Below, piece by piece: positions 50,244 to 62,068 of a DNA stretch of 64,000 nucleotides. The stretch covers positions 288,001-352,000 of the forward strand of contig CAWCYD010000003.1 in the NCBI GenBank assembly GCA_963799775.1, read 5' to 3'. A model generated the notes under the pieces. That model made no database searches. It was not told where the DNA came from and saw nothing but the letters and a program-made list of their open reading frames with translations. Numbering within the stretch: the stretch's first letter is position 1; every line of letters begins with the position of its first letter. Position numbers and translations under genes: made by a program. Source of the DNA: an uncultured archaeon (GTDB lineage Archaea > Thermoproteota > Nitrososphaeria > Nitrososphaerales > Gagatemarchaeaceae).

Positions 50244-51107
50244 ATGAGCTTCCGAGACTACGTCGCCCTCACCAAGCCGAAGATAGTCTGGCTCCTCCTG
50301 CTTGTCGCGCTGGCCTCCGCCGTCATCGCCGCTAGGGCAATCCCTTCGATCCTGGTCATGGCGGGCCTATTCGTCGCGGGGAGCCTCACGTCGCTGGGCT
50401 CTCTCGCCTTGAACAGCTACCTCGAGATGGACATCGACGCGAAGATGAAGAGGACAAAGAACCGCCCCCTGCCTGCCGAGAGGATCATCCAGCCCCGGAG
50501 AGCCCTCGCCTTCGGGCTAGCCTTGCTCGCTATCGGTCTGGCCGTCTCATGGGTGACGCTCACCCCCCTCGCCACGCTCTTCATGGGCCTGGGCTCCCTG
50601 ATCTATGTCCAGGTCTACACGGTCTGGTTGAAGCCTAGGACCAGCTGGAACATCGTGCTCGGTGGCTTCGCCGGGAGCTGCGCCGCCCTCGCCGGCTGGT
50701 ACGCGGTCACGTCGGCCAACCCTCTGATAGCCTGGGTGCTCGCCGCGCTCGTCTTCGTCTGGACGCCCAGTCACTTTTGGAGCCTTGCCGTGATTACCGA
50801 GGAAGACTACTCGGCAGCGGGGATCCCGATGCTCCCATCGGTGGTGGGTGAGAAGAAGGCGGCGAAGTTCATCGTGGCGAACACACTCCTCCTCATCCCG
50901 ATCAGCCTGCTCTTCTTCCTCTACCTGGCGGGCACCGGAGAGGTGCTCTACCTCGTGGGGGCCCTCTTCTTCGACCTTCTCTTGCTGGCCACCAACATCA
51001 AGCTGCTGATCGCCCCCAACAAGAGCAACGCCCTGCTCGCCTTCAAGGCCTCCAGCCCTTTTCTGGCAGTGATCTTCATCTTGGCTTGTGTCAGCGTCCT
51101 CGTCTGA
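50244..51107 (+). CDS. cyoE: protoheme IX farnesyltransferase (heme O synthase)
   Basis: ALTKPKIV, DIDAKMKRTKNRPLP, YTVWLKPRT, WTPSHFWSLA, DYSAAGIPMLP. Confidence 0.95.
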   Translation: MSFRDYVALTKPKIVWLLLLVALASAVIAARAIPSILVMAGLFVAGSLTSLGSLALNSYLEMDIDAKMKRTKNRPLPAERIIQPRRALAFGLALLAIGLAVSWVTLTPLATLFMGLGSLIYVQVYTVWLKPRTSWNIVLGGFAGSCAALAGWYAVTSANPLIAWVLAALVFVWTPSHFWSLAVITEEDYSAAGIPMLPSVVGEKKAAKFIVANTLLLIPISLLFFLYLAGTGEVLYLVGALFFDLLLLATNIKLLIAPNKSNALLAFKASSPFLAVIFILACVSVLV

Positions 51108-51154
51108 TGCTCGCCAGAAAGTCTTAACTAAGTTACCAAGGGCGGCCCGCAATA

Positions 51155-51640
51155 TTGAGCGCCGGAAAGTACCTCGTCTACGCCACGGTGATCTCGACGT
51201 TCGTCCTCATCGTGTGGGGGGCCTACCTCACGGCCGGGAACTGGGGAGGCGACTGCGGGACGGGGAGCGGTTCGGCGGTCAGTTCTGACTGGCCCTACTG
51301 CAACGGCTCGCTCTCGATCCCCAACCCCTACAACGCGGCAAGCTACGGCTCGTTCGTCGAATACGTCCATCGGACCTTGAGCGTCTTGGTCGGCGTGATC
51401 CTGATCGCTGCGGTGGTAGCCGTGGCGAGGATGAGACCGAGGCCCACCGGGGCCTACAGGGCGCTCCTCCTATCGGGCGTCCTCCTCCTCATACAGATCG
51501 GCCTGGGCAACATAGTCGTCAATTCCGACCTCAACGCCGTCGTGACGGCCATCCACCTGGCGAACGCCACCGCGCTCTTCGGGGTCATGGTGGTCTCTGC
51601 CGTCCTCATACACCAAGAAGACCGCTCGAACAGATACTGA
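51155..51640 (+). CDS. ctaA: short-form heme A synthase (COX15/CtaA family)
   Basis: DCG...DWPYCNG Cys pair, EYVHR, QIGLG, IHLANA; four TMs. Confidence 0.85.
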   Translation: MSAGKYLVYATVISTFVLIVWGAYLTAGNWGGDCGTGSGSAVSSDWPYCNGSLSIPNPYNAASYGSFVEYVHRTLSVLVGVILIAAVVAVARMRPRPTGAYRALLLSGVLLLIQIGLGNIVVNSDLNAVVTAIHLANATALFGVMVVSAVLIHQEDRSNRY

Positions 51641-51685
51641 CACTCCCAAACCCAAATACGGTGACCCTGGCTTTCAGCGCACCCC

Positions 51686-52184
51686 ATGGGCAGACCTCCT
51701 CGGTTCGTCGCCGACGCGATGCTAGGCAGCCTGGCGAGGAAGCTGAGGATATTCGGTTTCGACACACTCTACTTCAAGGACGGCGGCGACTCGGAACTCC
51801 TGAAGCTCGCCAAGAGCGAAGGACGAATACTCCTCACGTCTGACGATGGACCTCTTCGGCCGTGCATCGCGGCGCGGCGTCGAGTCGTACCTCGTATCGG
51901 CCAAGACAGACAGGTCGAGGCTCGTCTCGCTCCAAAAACAGGCAGCGTCGATCTTTGTTCGCGCGTCCGGTTCCGGACTCCTCAGCAGGTGCGCGGTGTG
52001 CAACGGAGAGCTCGTCGTGGTCTCCAGGAGTCAAGCAGCGGCGGGAAATGGCCCCCCCAAGGTCATCCAGAGGCACCGCCTCTTCTACAGGTGCGCGTCT
52101 TGCTCCCGGCTCTACTGGCGAGGGGGGCACTGGAAGCGGCTGCGCCGGCTCTCCGCCGTCATGGAGACAAAGGCTTTAACGTGA
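51686..52184 (+). CDS. Mut7-C RNase-domain protein, PIN plus Zn ribbon (frameshift ~51847)
   Basis: FVADAMLGSLARKLRIFGFDT, SRCAVCNG, YRCASCSRLYWRGGHW. Confidence 0.88.
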
Positions 52185-52221
52185 AAAGACCTCGAGTTCG
52201 ATCACTCCGAGGCTTGGGCCC

Positions 52222-53376
52222 TTGAAAGTCTATCTTGCGGCCTTCGGTTCGGGCATGGGGCACGCTTCAAGGATGACGACGCTGGCGAACGAGCTGGCCG
52301 CCTCCGGCGCCGAGGTCATGTTCTCGAGTTCCGGTGAAGTGACCAAGTGGCTGCTCTCCAAAGGATTCCGTTGCAACGACCTGCCTCTCGTCGACGTGGT
52401 CTTCACGGACCAAGGCGCTTTCTCCGCCACAGCCACGCTGAACTTCTTCCCGAAGATAATGACTCGCCTGCTTCAGCAGGTGCGGAGAGAGGTCGCCAAC
52501 CTATCGAGGTTCGGGCCTGATGTCGTGCTGAGCGACTCCGTCGCATCGACCTTGGTCGCTGCGAGGCTGCTCGGGATAAGGTCGGTCGCGGTGCTGAACC
52601 AGTTGCGGTTGATATCCTCGCCGAGGACTCCAAAGTCCATAGCGAGCGTCCTGACGGCAGCGAGCGTGGCAGCGGGAAGCATGTTCTGGAACCCATGCGA
52701 CGAGATACTCATACCCGATCTTCCGCCCCCCTACACGATAAGCGAGAGCAACCTCTGGAACGCAGGCCCCGCCTCCTCGAGGGCGAAGTACATCGGGTTC
52801 CTGACACCGCGATGGGCCGGAGGACAGAGGACGGATGGGGCATTCGCAGAATGGAAGAACGAGAAGAGGAAGCGCAAGGTCTACTGGCAGATCTCCGGCC
52901 CCCCGGCTACGAGAATGCCTTTCCTCGCGAAGGCCCTTGCTGCGGCGGAGGCGCTGTCAGAGGACTACCTCTTCGTCGTCACGGCGGGGAACCCTACAGG
53001 AACGCGGTCTCCCGCAGCCATCAGTGGGGGATATCTCTACCAATGGTGCGATGTCTCGGAGGCCTACATCGAGACCTGCGACGTCGTCGTCTCGAGGGCA
53101 GGACATGTGAGCATCTCCGACTATATCCTCAGGGCGAAACCATCGCTTCTGGTCCCCATCCCATCCCAGTCAGAGCAGATTGGGAACGCGAGCAAGGCCC
53201 AGCGCCTCGGAGTCTCGATAAGCGCTGACGAGGCGCAGCTCGACCCTAGGACAGTACTCGCTGCTCTCGTGCAGCTCGAGTCAGGCCGATTCGCAACCCG
53301 AGGGGCCGAGCTGAAGAAGATAGCCGACCAATTCGATGCGCTAGGAACGATGATGCAAGCTCTGAGCAGGCCCTAG
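52222..53376 (+). CDS. GT-B glycosyltransferase (GT28/MurG-like)
   Basis: GSGMGHASR, VVSRAGHVSISD, PIPSQSEQIGNA. Confidence 0.88.
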   Translation: MKVYLAAFGSGMGHASRMTTLANELAASGAEVMFSSSGEVTKWLLSKGFRCNDLPLVDVVFTDQGAFSATATLNFFPKIMTRLLQQVRREVANLSRFGPDVVLSDSVASTLVAARLLGIRSVAVLNQLRLISSPRTPKSIASVLTAASVAAGSMFWNPCDEILIPDLPPPYTISESNLWNAGPASSRAKYIGFLTPRWAGGQRTDGAFAEWKNEKRKRKVYWQISGPPATRMPFLAKALAAAEALSEDYLFVVTAGNPTGTRSPAAISGGYLYQWCDVSEAYIETCDVVVSRAGHVSISDYILRAKPSLLVPIPSQSEQIGNASKAQRLGVSISADEAQLDPRTVLAALVQLESGRFATRGAELKKIADQFDALGTMMQALSRP

Positions 53377-54381
53377 CTCCTGGATCTCTTGATGGCGTCT
53401 AGCACTGTGTTCGCGTCAGCCTCTACGCCGCCGAACGAGCGCTCCGAGTATGCCCCGTTCTCCTCGAGCGCAGCGAGAGTCATTGCTCCGCCGCTCATAC
53501 CCTTTCGATGACCCAGGCCGAGGGAGCGGTAGGTCTCTCCGATTGCGTCGGCTTGCACGAGCAGCAGGGGGAGAGAGAGGTTGGGGAAGGCTCCTGCGAG
53601 GAGGGGGATCGCGCGAAGGGCCCCTCGGACGAAGGCCTGCTAGAGCCGTCTCATCGTGCTTCCTGAGCCACTGCCCGACCCTCCCGAAGGTCTCACTCTC
53701 CCTTCCTTCCAAGATCGCGAGTTGCAGCGATGTCGCATCCATCCTGAAGGACAGCTCGGAGTAGAGCCCGGCGACCCGCCGGAGGGCTGCTTCGTCCGTG
53801 CGCGAGTGCACAAGGCGGATTGCGAACCCGGAGAGCGCGGCCATCCACGCCATCGATGAGCTGTTCTGCCCTCCCGACACCAGGCACGTCACCCATCCAC
53901 CGCCAGTCGGAGACCCGCCGGGCCCGGCCCGTATCTCGACCCCACAGGCTCCTTTCTCACCGTCCATGGAGACGTGGAACCTGACGTCGGGCCTTCTCTC
54001 GCTGACCCTCGAACCCTTGACGGAAGAGAGGACGCCGGAGTTCCCAGCAAGGACGAGATCGCCCGCGCTCTTCTCGGAGTTGACGGCATGCGCCGAGACC
54101 CGGAAAGTCTTGCCCTCCCCGATGTAGTGCCCGGCGAGGTGCTCCAGGTTCTTCAGATACGCTTCGACACCTTGGAAGGTGTAGCCCACCGATATCCAGG
54201 CCACTCCTGGCAGGAACGACGCCCGACGCGCGACCATCACCGGGTCATCAGCGTCCAGGACGAACGTGTTCGCTATTCGCTTGGTATGAATCCTGGGCCT
54301 GCGGAGCTTCCGGACGAGCGTCACCTCGAGGTCTTCAAGGGAGCCGGCGCCGCTCCAGCCGACCATTGCCGCGGGCTTCAA
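53373..54381 (-). CDS. ThiI-like THUMP-domain protein with degenerate PP-loop (frameshift ~53600)
   Basis: FLPGVAWIS, KTFRVSA, RPDVRFHV, GPGGSPTG, LVSGGQNSS. Confidence 0.7.
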
Positions 54382-54477
54382 TCCGATTTTGGAGCCCCAA
54401 GAGTGGTTTTTAAGCGGAACAGGGGTCGTTCTTGCTAGGGACTGGAGATGGAGGAAGGAGTCGTCAAACAGGATTCG

Positions 54478-55767
54478 GTGCCCTTCTTCGTCGATCAAGG
54501 AGGTTCTCACCAAGCGTAGCATCTCGAAGACGACCGTCCACGGCTGGGTCGCGGGTAAGGCCGGGGTCGGCGGGATAGTCTTCGTGATACTGAGAGATGG
54601 CACGGGGTATCTGCAGTGCTCCGCCAAGAAAGGGGTAGCCACTCAGGACGTGTTCGAGGCCATTCGGGATGTGCCGAGGGAGTCGGTCGTGCAGGTGACC
54701 GGGGCCGTCAGGGAGGACAGGAGGGCCCCCGGGGGCGTCGAGCTGGTCGCAGAGCGGTTCCAGGTGCTCTCTCGCGCCGAGCCGTGGCCGATAACGAAGA
54801 CGGCCGCGAAGTCCGCCTCCTTCCTCTACGACATGCGCCATCTGAGCATAAGAGGACGCAAGTCGATTGCGACGATCAAGCTGAGGTCGGAGGTGATGGG
54901 GGCGTGCTCGGATTACTTCCGCGGGAGAGGCTTCACGCTCATCAGCGCACCCAGCTTCGTCCAAGCCGCGGTCGAGGGGGCTCGACCCTCTTCGATGCCC
55001 GTATTTCGGAAAGAAGGCGTACCTGAGCCAGAGCGCACAATTCTACGAGGAGGCCGCGCTTGCGGGCCTCGAGAAGGTCTGGATCTGCCAACCCGCGTTC
55101 AGGGCGGAGAAGTCGAGGACAGCCAAGCATCTCACAGAGTTCTGGATGGTGGAGGCGGAGCGCGCCTTCGCGGACCAGGCGGCGAACATGGAGCTTCAAG
55201 AAGGGCTGGTAGAGTTCATCGTAGACAGCGTGCTGAGGAACAGGAGGGACGAGCTTGCGACGCTCGGGCATGGCCCTAGTCAAGCCGGCGATCCCCCTCG
55301 AGAGGGTGAGCTACGACAAGGTGAGGGATTTCGCGGACTCCCAGGGGGTCCATTTCGAGTGGGGAGAGGACATCCCGACCGAGGCCGAGAGGCTCATCTC
55401 GCTCTCAAGGAAGGATCCCTTCTTCGTCACTGACTTCCCTCTGTCCGCTCGCTCTTTCTACCACATGACCTACGACGACAGGCCCCATGTGACGATGTCT
55501 GCCGACCTCATCGCGCCCGAGGGCTACGGCGAGCTCGCGACGGGAGGCCAGAGGATCGCCGAGTACTACCCGCTTCTGCAGAGGATAAAGAGCCATGACC
55601 TCCCTCCAGAGGCTTTCTCCTGGTATCTAGACCTGCGCAAGTTCGGTATGCCCTACCATTCCGGGTTCGGGATGGGCGTCGAGAGGGTCACCCGTTGGGT
55701 CGCCGGTTTGAAGAACATCAGGTCTGCGAGCCTCTTCCCGCGGACCACCACGCGCCTCTCGCCCTGA
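54478..55767 (+). CDS. asnS: asparagine--tRNA ligase (several frameshifts)
   Basis: LRDGTGYLQC, AYLSQSAQFY, FRAEKSRTAKHLTEFWMVEAE, APEGYGELATGGQR, WYLDLRKFGMPYHSGFGMGVER. Confidence 0.88.
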
Positions 55768-55845
55768 CCCGCAGTCCAGACCGAATACTTTCACTCTCCC
55801 CTACGCTAACGCTTTTAAGACTGCGAGAGGCCTTCGAGTTTCATC

Positions 55846-56869
55846 TTGGTTGAAGCAGAGACGGAGGAAATCGAAGAGGTCGACGAGGACATGGACGTCA
55901 CGAGCCTTCCCGGAGTCGGGCCGGCTACTAAGACCAAGCTGAACGACAAGGGGATACTGACCATTCTTGACCTCGCGACGGCAGGGCCAGCGGACATCGC
56001 CGAGGCAATCGACGTCGACATCACAAAGGCCGTGGACCTCAACAACAAGGCAAGGAAGAAGCTGGTAGAGATCGGAAGGCTAGAGCCTGATTTCATCAGC
56101 GCTTCCGAGCTCCTCGTGAGGAGGAAGGGGATTAGCCGTCTCTCGACGGGCTCCAAGAACCTCGACGAGCTCCTCGCAGGAGGGATCGAGACCTGGGCGT
56201 TGACCGAGTTCTACGGGGAGTTCGGGTCTGGGAAGACGCAGATCTGCCACACTCTCTGTTGCATGGTGCAGCTCCCTATCGAGCAGGGAGGCCTCGACGG
56301 AGGGGCCATCTACATCGACACGGAAGGCACTTTCAGGCCCGAGAGGCTGGCGCAGATAGCAGAGGCGCGGGGCATGGACCCGGAGACCGTCCTCTCGAAG
56401 GTCATGGTGGCAAGGGCGTACAACAGCGCCCACCAAGAGCTGATAACGAAGGGACCTCGGCAGGATGATAGAGAAGAACAAGGTCAAGCTCGTCATCGTA
56501 GACAGCGCCGTAGCCCACTACAGGGCCGAGTTCCTCGGCAGAGGGCACCTCGCCGAGAGACAGCAGAGGCTGAACAGATTCATGCACCAGCTCCTGAGGA
56601 CGGCGGAGATCTACAACATCGCGATAATCCTCACGAACCAGGTGCAGGCGGCACCAGACAGCTTCTTCGGGGCCCCGACAAGGGCGACGGGAGGCCACGT
56701 CGTGGCGCACACGAGCACCTATCGCATCTACCTGCGCAAGGCCGGAAAGAACCGCATCGCAAGGATGATTGACAGCCCCTACCACCCGGAGAGGGACGCG
56801 GTCTTCATGCTGGACGAAAAGGGGGTCGACGACCCGCCCGACGAGGGCACCAGCTCCAAGAGACGGTAG
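55846..56869 (+). CDS. radA: DNA repair and recombination protein RadA (frameshift ~56455)
   Basis: [52 protein letters not shown]. Confidence 0.97.
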
Positions 56870-56917
56870 CTGGGCAACGGTTTTAATATCTTCAGCTGGC
56901 GGCCCTAGACAGTTCTG

Positions 56918-59687
56918 ATGAAGTCAAGGGCCCTCCTCGTTTTTGTCCTGATACTTTCCCTCACGCTAGTCCCGACCCTCCAGCTTGCTCTGGCAGCGTC
57001 GTCCAGCACTTCGACCACCTCGACCTCGACGAGCACCACGTCGACGTCGACCTCGTCCCCCTCGAATGCTTTCTCGCAGAGGCTGGACATATACGTCGCC
57101 GGCTCGAGCGACTACTGGCTGGCAAAGATCAGCCCGATCAACGCGACGAAGCCTGGGCCCTCGCAGCAGAGTCTGTTTCAGGCGTGAGCGCGTACGAACT
57201 GACCGCGATGAAGATCAGCTCTGCGACAGCGGCCACGCAACTGTTCTGGGGAGACGGCTACAGGCTGTTCAAGCTGCCCTTCCTTCCTGACTCTGGGATG
57301 TTCCTCAACGTCACCGCGACAAGCGCTGCTGCAGCCGCCAAGGCCGCGGGCGGCTTCAACCAGTTCGTAGGCGGGAACTTCGAGCAGATTGGCTCCTCGG
57401 GGAGCAACTACACATTCTTCAGCGCCGGCGACTTCACCCTAGGCGGAGAGATCATCTATTCCGCTACCGTCCCGACGGCAGAGAAGGGTCTCGCGAGCAT
57501 AAGTTCAGCCTTCAGCCTTGCGGCCGACCCCACGCCTACGGCCATCCTGACAGGAGTACGCAGCGGGAGCTCGTTCACACACACGATAACGTTCGGCTCG
57601 TTCGAGACGAACGGTGTGGCTGCAAACGCAAGCCTCACGCTCGCAAAGGCCCTGAGCCAGTCGAACGACAGCATCCTCGCGCCGGCAAGCCCAGGAACGA
57701 CGAACGTCGTCGTCCACGCGCTCGACGGCTTGATCAGCAGCACGGACCCTGCCAAGATCGCCAACCACGAAGGAAACTACAGTTCGAGCTACGCTTTCAC
57801 CGTCCCGCCGGGCTCTAGGTTCAGGCCGAACATCACTTTGATGCAGGACCCGCCTGTGCTGACCGCCACCAGGCTCGTCTCGTCCGGCTCTGCGATCCAG
57901 AACGGCCTCGTCACGGTAACGGTGCTCCTAAGGAACACGGCCAAGGCGGGGACGATCGACAACATCAAGACGAACGACAGCTGGTGGACCGCCTACCCGT
58001 CGCTCTTCTCTCTCTCGGCCGGGAGCTCTTCCATCACCGTACCTACCCTCGCGGGAGGCCAGAACGCCTCTGAGGTCTACGTCCTCAAGGTCATCTCCTC
58101 GACGAGCGATGGAGCCTGACCGTACCCGCCGCGACCGTCTCCTACTCGTATTCTGCAGGAGGAAGCGGCAACCTGACGATAAGCGCGACGACGAAGACCA
58201 ACCAGGTGGAGGTGAGGACCAACAACGTAGGCCCGGCAATCGAGATAACCGCCGCAAGCGACGCCAAGTCAGGTTCGCCGATCGGCACGAACGCGCACTA
58301 CACCGTGAGCGTGGAGAACACAGGCAACGACGCCGCCCTGACCCTCAAGGCCGGGAACTTCACCGACGCGACCCTCGTACAAGGAGGGGCGGTCTGGACT
58401 TTCAACATGTCCGTCCCCGTCACAAGCCTTGTCCAAAGGAACTTCACGCAGACTTTCACCGTGACCTGGACGGCACCAGACGGCACGCCGGGGACGTTGA
58501 CATCGAACGCGGACACGCTCACTCTCTCGCACAACGGCGTGCTTCTGCCGTTGATGGAGTTCTCATACGCCTCGACCCTCTCGCCTGAGGTGCTGGCGAG
58601 CGGCAAGGCCAACGCGACCTACACGCTCACCAACTCTGGCACGGCCGGGTCCACGAGCACGACCGTCACCCAACCGTTCGCCTCTGGCGTTTCCTGCACG
58701 TCGGTGGTGAGCGGGAACGCCACCTGCAGCGGGTCGAGCTTGACTTTGTCGACGGGTCCGGTCGCCCCCGGGAACAACGTGATAGGACAGGCGGCGATGT
58801 CGTTCGGGACTGACAACTACGTCTCGTCCCCGGCCAGCATCACCGCAAGCTACCAAGGCATCACCCTGCAGACGAGAGGGGATGGCTACGTCCTCCCGGC
58901 CGGCCTTACAGTGGTGAGGACCGACTCGCCGAACCCGATCTTCCAAGGAGAGAACGACACGGTGACGATGAGCGTCATAAACACAGGCACCCTCCCTGTG
59001 TACAACATGTCCGTCTCAACCCAGCCTGACAGCTTCGACAGAGCGGTATCCGGGAGCCTTTTCAAGCTCTATCCCGTGGTCAACGCCAGCACGACGGACT
59101 CATTCAACTACACCACGAACATAGTGACGCCAGGGAACCACACGACCGCCCAGATCATCCTCTCGTACGCCTTCGCCGGATACGCTGCGTCCTACAGCGC
59201 CTACTCGGGGACGGTAGAGGCCTACAAGGCTGTCACGGTCACCACGACCACCAAACCTAACGTACCGACCGAAGGGTCGGACTTCGCCCTCGCCGTATCC
59301 ATCGAGAACCCATCAAAGACGAACGTGACGAACGTCTCGTTGTCGCTCCCCGTCCCTCAAGGACTGACCATCGCGAACAGCTCATCGGCGATTGAGGTCC
59401 GCGGCCACACGCTCTACATCAGTCTGCCTTCCCTCGGGGCAGGGGTCACCTCGACCCACTTCATCGCGGTAAAGTCAGGGACCGACGGGACTTTCGCCTT
59501 CGGCACCGGGAGCCTGAGCTTCCAGTATCTGGGGCAGACGATCAACGGGATCATCAACGCTCCTGCCATCTCAGTGGGGGTGGACCTCTTGCTGCGCTAT
59601 GAAATCCCGATAGGCGCTGCGGTGGTCCTGACAATCCTCGTCGCCGTCTACATGCACAGGAAGCTCTCAGTCCCCCAACCCAAGTGA
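56918..59687 (+). CDS. large secreted S-layer/cell-surface glycoprotein-like protein with C-terminal TM (several frameshifts)
   Basis: Signal peptide and S/T tract; many N-x-S/T sequons; repeated (V/I)xNTG/NPS Ig-like strands; C-terminal TM and basic tail. Confidence 0.72.
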
Positions 59688-59693
59688 CCCAAA

Positions 59694-60180
59694 GTGGTCG
59701 ATGAGTCAGGTGCTCAGCGCTCGACTTCGACAGGACTGATTGAAGAGAGGTCAGCCGGGGCCATAGTCTTCAGGCGCGAGTCCGGGTCGCCCAGGTATCT
59801 CCTCTTGAAGTATCCCGCAGGACACTGGCGACCTCCCAAAGGGCAACATAGAGAAGGGAGAAGAGCCGTTGCAGACCATGATGAGGGAGGTCCGCGAGGA
59901 GTCGGGAATCCAGGAGCTCCAGGTCGTCCCAGGCTTCAAGAGGAAGATCGAGTACTTTTACCGACGAGACGGCATGAAGGTGCACAAGACGGTGGTCTTC
60001 TTCCTCGCTGAGACCGCGGTCGAGAAGGTGACCATCTCGTTCGAGCACCAGGCCTACGGTTGGTTCGACTTTGCCGACGCGATCAAGACGGTGACCTACC
60101 CGAACGCGATAAGGCTCATCAGGGAGGCGGAGTCTTTCACAGGAGACGAGAAGGCTACGACGCACGCGCAGTCCGGTTGA
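59694..60180 (+). CDS. NUDIX hydrolase, Ap4A-hydrolase-like (frameshift ~59830)
   Basis: SAGAIVFR, YLLLKY..GHW, PKGNIEKGE...MREVREESG, KTVVFFLA, SFEH. Confidence 0.88.
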
Positions 60181-61250
60181 CCCAGTCTTCCACCCTCTCC
60201 ATCGCTATCTCGTCGGGCATCGAAGAAGGAGGGTGCTTCATGAGCCAGGCGCTGGCCTCGATTAGAGGCCCTCCGACCTTGCGGTCGAGAGCGATCTTGC
60301 AGTACCTGATGGCGTCGACGACGACGCCTGCTGAGTTGGCCTTGTCGTCCACCTCCAGCCTCATCTCCATGTTGAAGGGGATGCCGGGGAACATCGAACC
60401 CTCTATCCTGATGAACGCAAGTTTCGTGTTGCCCAGGTATGGGATGAAGTCGCTAGGGCCGACGTATATCCTCTCGCTGGGTAGGCGATGCTTGAGCATG
60501 CTCTGGACCGCCTCCGTCTTCGAGATCCTCTTCGACTCCAAGCGCTGCTGCTCCTTCATGTTGAGGAAGTCCGTGTTCCCGCCGACGTTGATCTGGTATG
60601 TCCTGTCCACCCTCACGGACCTGTCCGAGCAGAGCCTGGCGAGCGTCCTGTGCACTATCGTGGCCCCGACGACACCCTTCACGTCGTCCCCGATTATCGG
60701 CAGTCTCCTCTTCGAGAACCTGCTGGCCCATGCGGGCGTCGAGGCTATGAACACGGGGATGCAGTTGATGAACCCGATTCCGGCCTCGAGCGCGACGTCC
60801 GCCCAGAACTCCGTCGCCTTCTGGCTCCCGACCGGCAGGTAGTTGACGATGGACCTGCGTCTTGGAGCTCTTCAGGTCGTCGAGCACCTCTTCTCTGATC
60901 TTGCCTATCGGCCTGCCGCTCTTGATCGGCCTTATCTTCTCCCCCACATACAAGCCCACGCCGTCGAGGACCGGCGATTCGTTCACCGTCGCGTCGCAGT
61001 TCGAGACCGAGTCCGTCCACCTGACCATGTTCGGCCCCAGGTAGATGGCCTTGGAGAGTGGCTTCCCCACTTTGTTTGCTCCGACGTCGAAAGCGCTGAC
61101 AAAGTCGATATCCTCGATTCGGTAGCTCCCGATCTTCGTATTCCCAAGCGCCCTGGCGTCCTTGTCTCCCCGCTTGCAGAGCTCAATCCCTTGGATGATG
61201 CCAGAGGCGCAGTTCCCCACCCCGACGATGCCGGCGCGTATCTTCGACAA
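60155..61250 (-). CDS. ino1: inositol-3-phosphate synthase (frameshift ~60853)
   Basis: IVGVGNCAS, IIGDDVKGVVGATIVHR, YQINVGGNTDFLNM, SKRISKT, DKANSAGVVVDAIR. Confidence 0.95.
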
Positions 61251-61324
61251 CCAGACTCTTTCCTGTTTGCCTGCCGGCCCGGCACGTGATTATAAACTGC
61301 TTCGTGAGTGTCCTTCGAAACTGG

Positions 61325-62068
61325 CTAGCTCTTAGGAGCCAGATCAAGATTCAGCTCCTCAACGGCTCGGATTGGGTCTCGCGCATCGATCACCGACCTG
61401 CCCACGATGACGTAATCCGAGCCGGCCGCGAGGGCTTTCCTCGCGTCTCCACCTTGGACACCGACTCCCGGGCTGAGTATCAGCTGATTGTCTCTGAGGA
61501 TCGACCTCACCTCCCTGATTATGGAGGGAGACTTGGACGAGACGACGGCGCCGTCGGCACCCCACTTTTTCGTCTTCTCTGCGAACTTCACATAGAGGGG
61601 TACGCCTCCCCCCACCTTCAAACCGTATCCCTCGCGTGCGCCGCGGTGGCTCATGTAAACAAGTAGGAGGAGCGCCTTGCCCATCTCCTTCGACTTTTTC
61701 AGGACGTCTCCGATTCCCTCGTCGTATCCAACGAACGGGTTGGCGATCAGGACGTCGAAGCCGTTCGAGAACAAGGTCTCGGTCGCTTCCAGATTGGTGG
61801 AGCCTATGTCGTTCAGCTTCAAGTCGGCGATGAGCGGGAGGTCGGCGTCTCGGCACGTCGTGGCCAGCTCTCTCAACCCCAAGACGCCGAAGGGCAGGAT
61901 GAGGTGCATGTTGACCTTGACCGCGACGATTCTGTCCTTCACCTTGGAGACGAGACCCGTGGCCCTCGAGACCCTGCTCTCGTACGGCCCTCCGATGTCG
62001 GCGGCGAGGACGATCCTGCTACCAGTCTCTATTGACCTTGAGTTGAGCCAATCGATGAGGGGCCTCAC
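61325..62068 (-). CDS. pyrF: orotidine 5'-phosphate decarboxylase
   Basis: VLAAD, IADLKLNDIGST, LSPGVGVQGG, VIVGRSV. Confidence 0.93.
   Translation of the reverse strand: MRPLIDWLNSRSIETGSRIVLAADIGGPYESRVSRATGLVSKVKDRIVAVKVNMHLILPFGVLGLRELATTCRDADLPLIADLKLNDIGSTNLEATETLFSNGFDVLIANPFVGYDEGIGDVLKKSKEMGKALLLLVYMSHRGAREGYGLKVGGGVPLYVKFAEKTKKWGADGAVVSSKSPSIIREVRSILRDNQLILSPGVGVQGGDARKALAAGSDYVIVGRSVIDARDPIRAVEELNLDLAPKS

Noticed and set aside
55846-56869. Intein in RadA, Lhr or RpoA
   Set aside because: Lengths and motif spacing are normal once frameshifts are repaired.
56995-57065. Low-complexity TCGACC/TCGACG repeats (also 12250-12320)
   Set aside because: They encode Ser/Thr linkers of secreted proteins and are not independent repeats.
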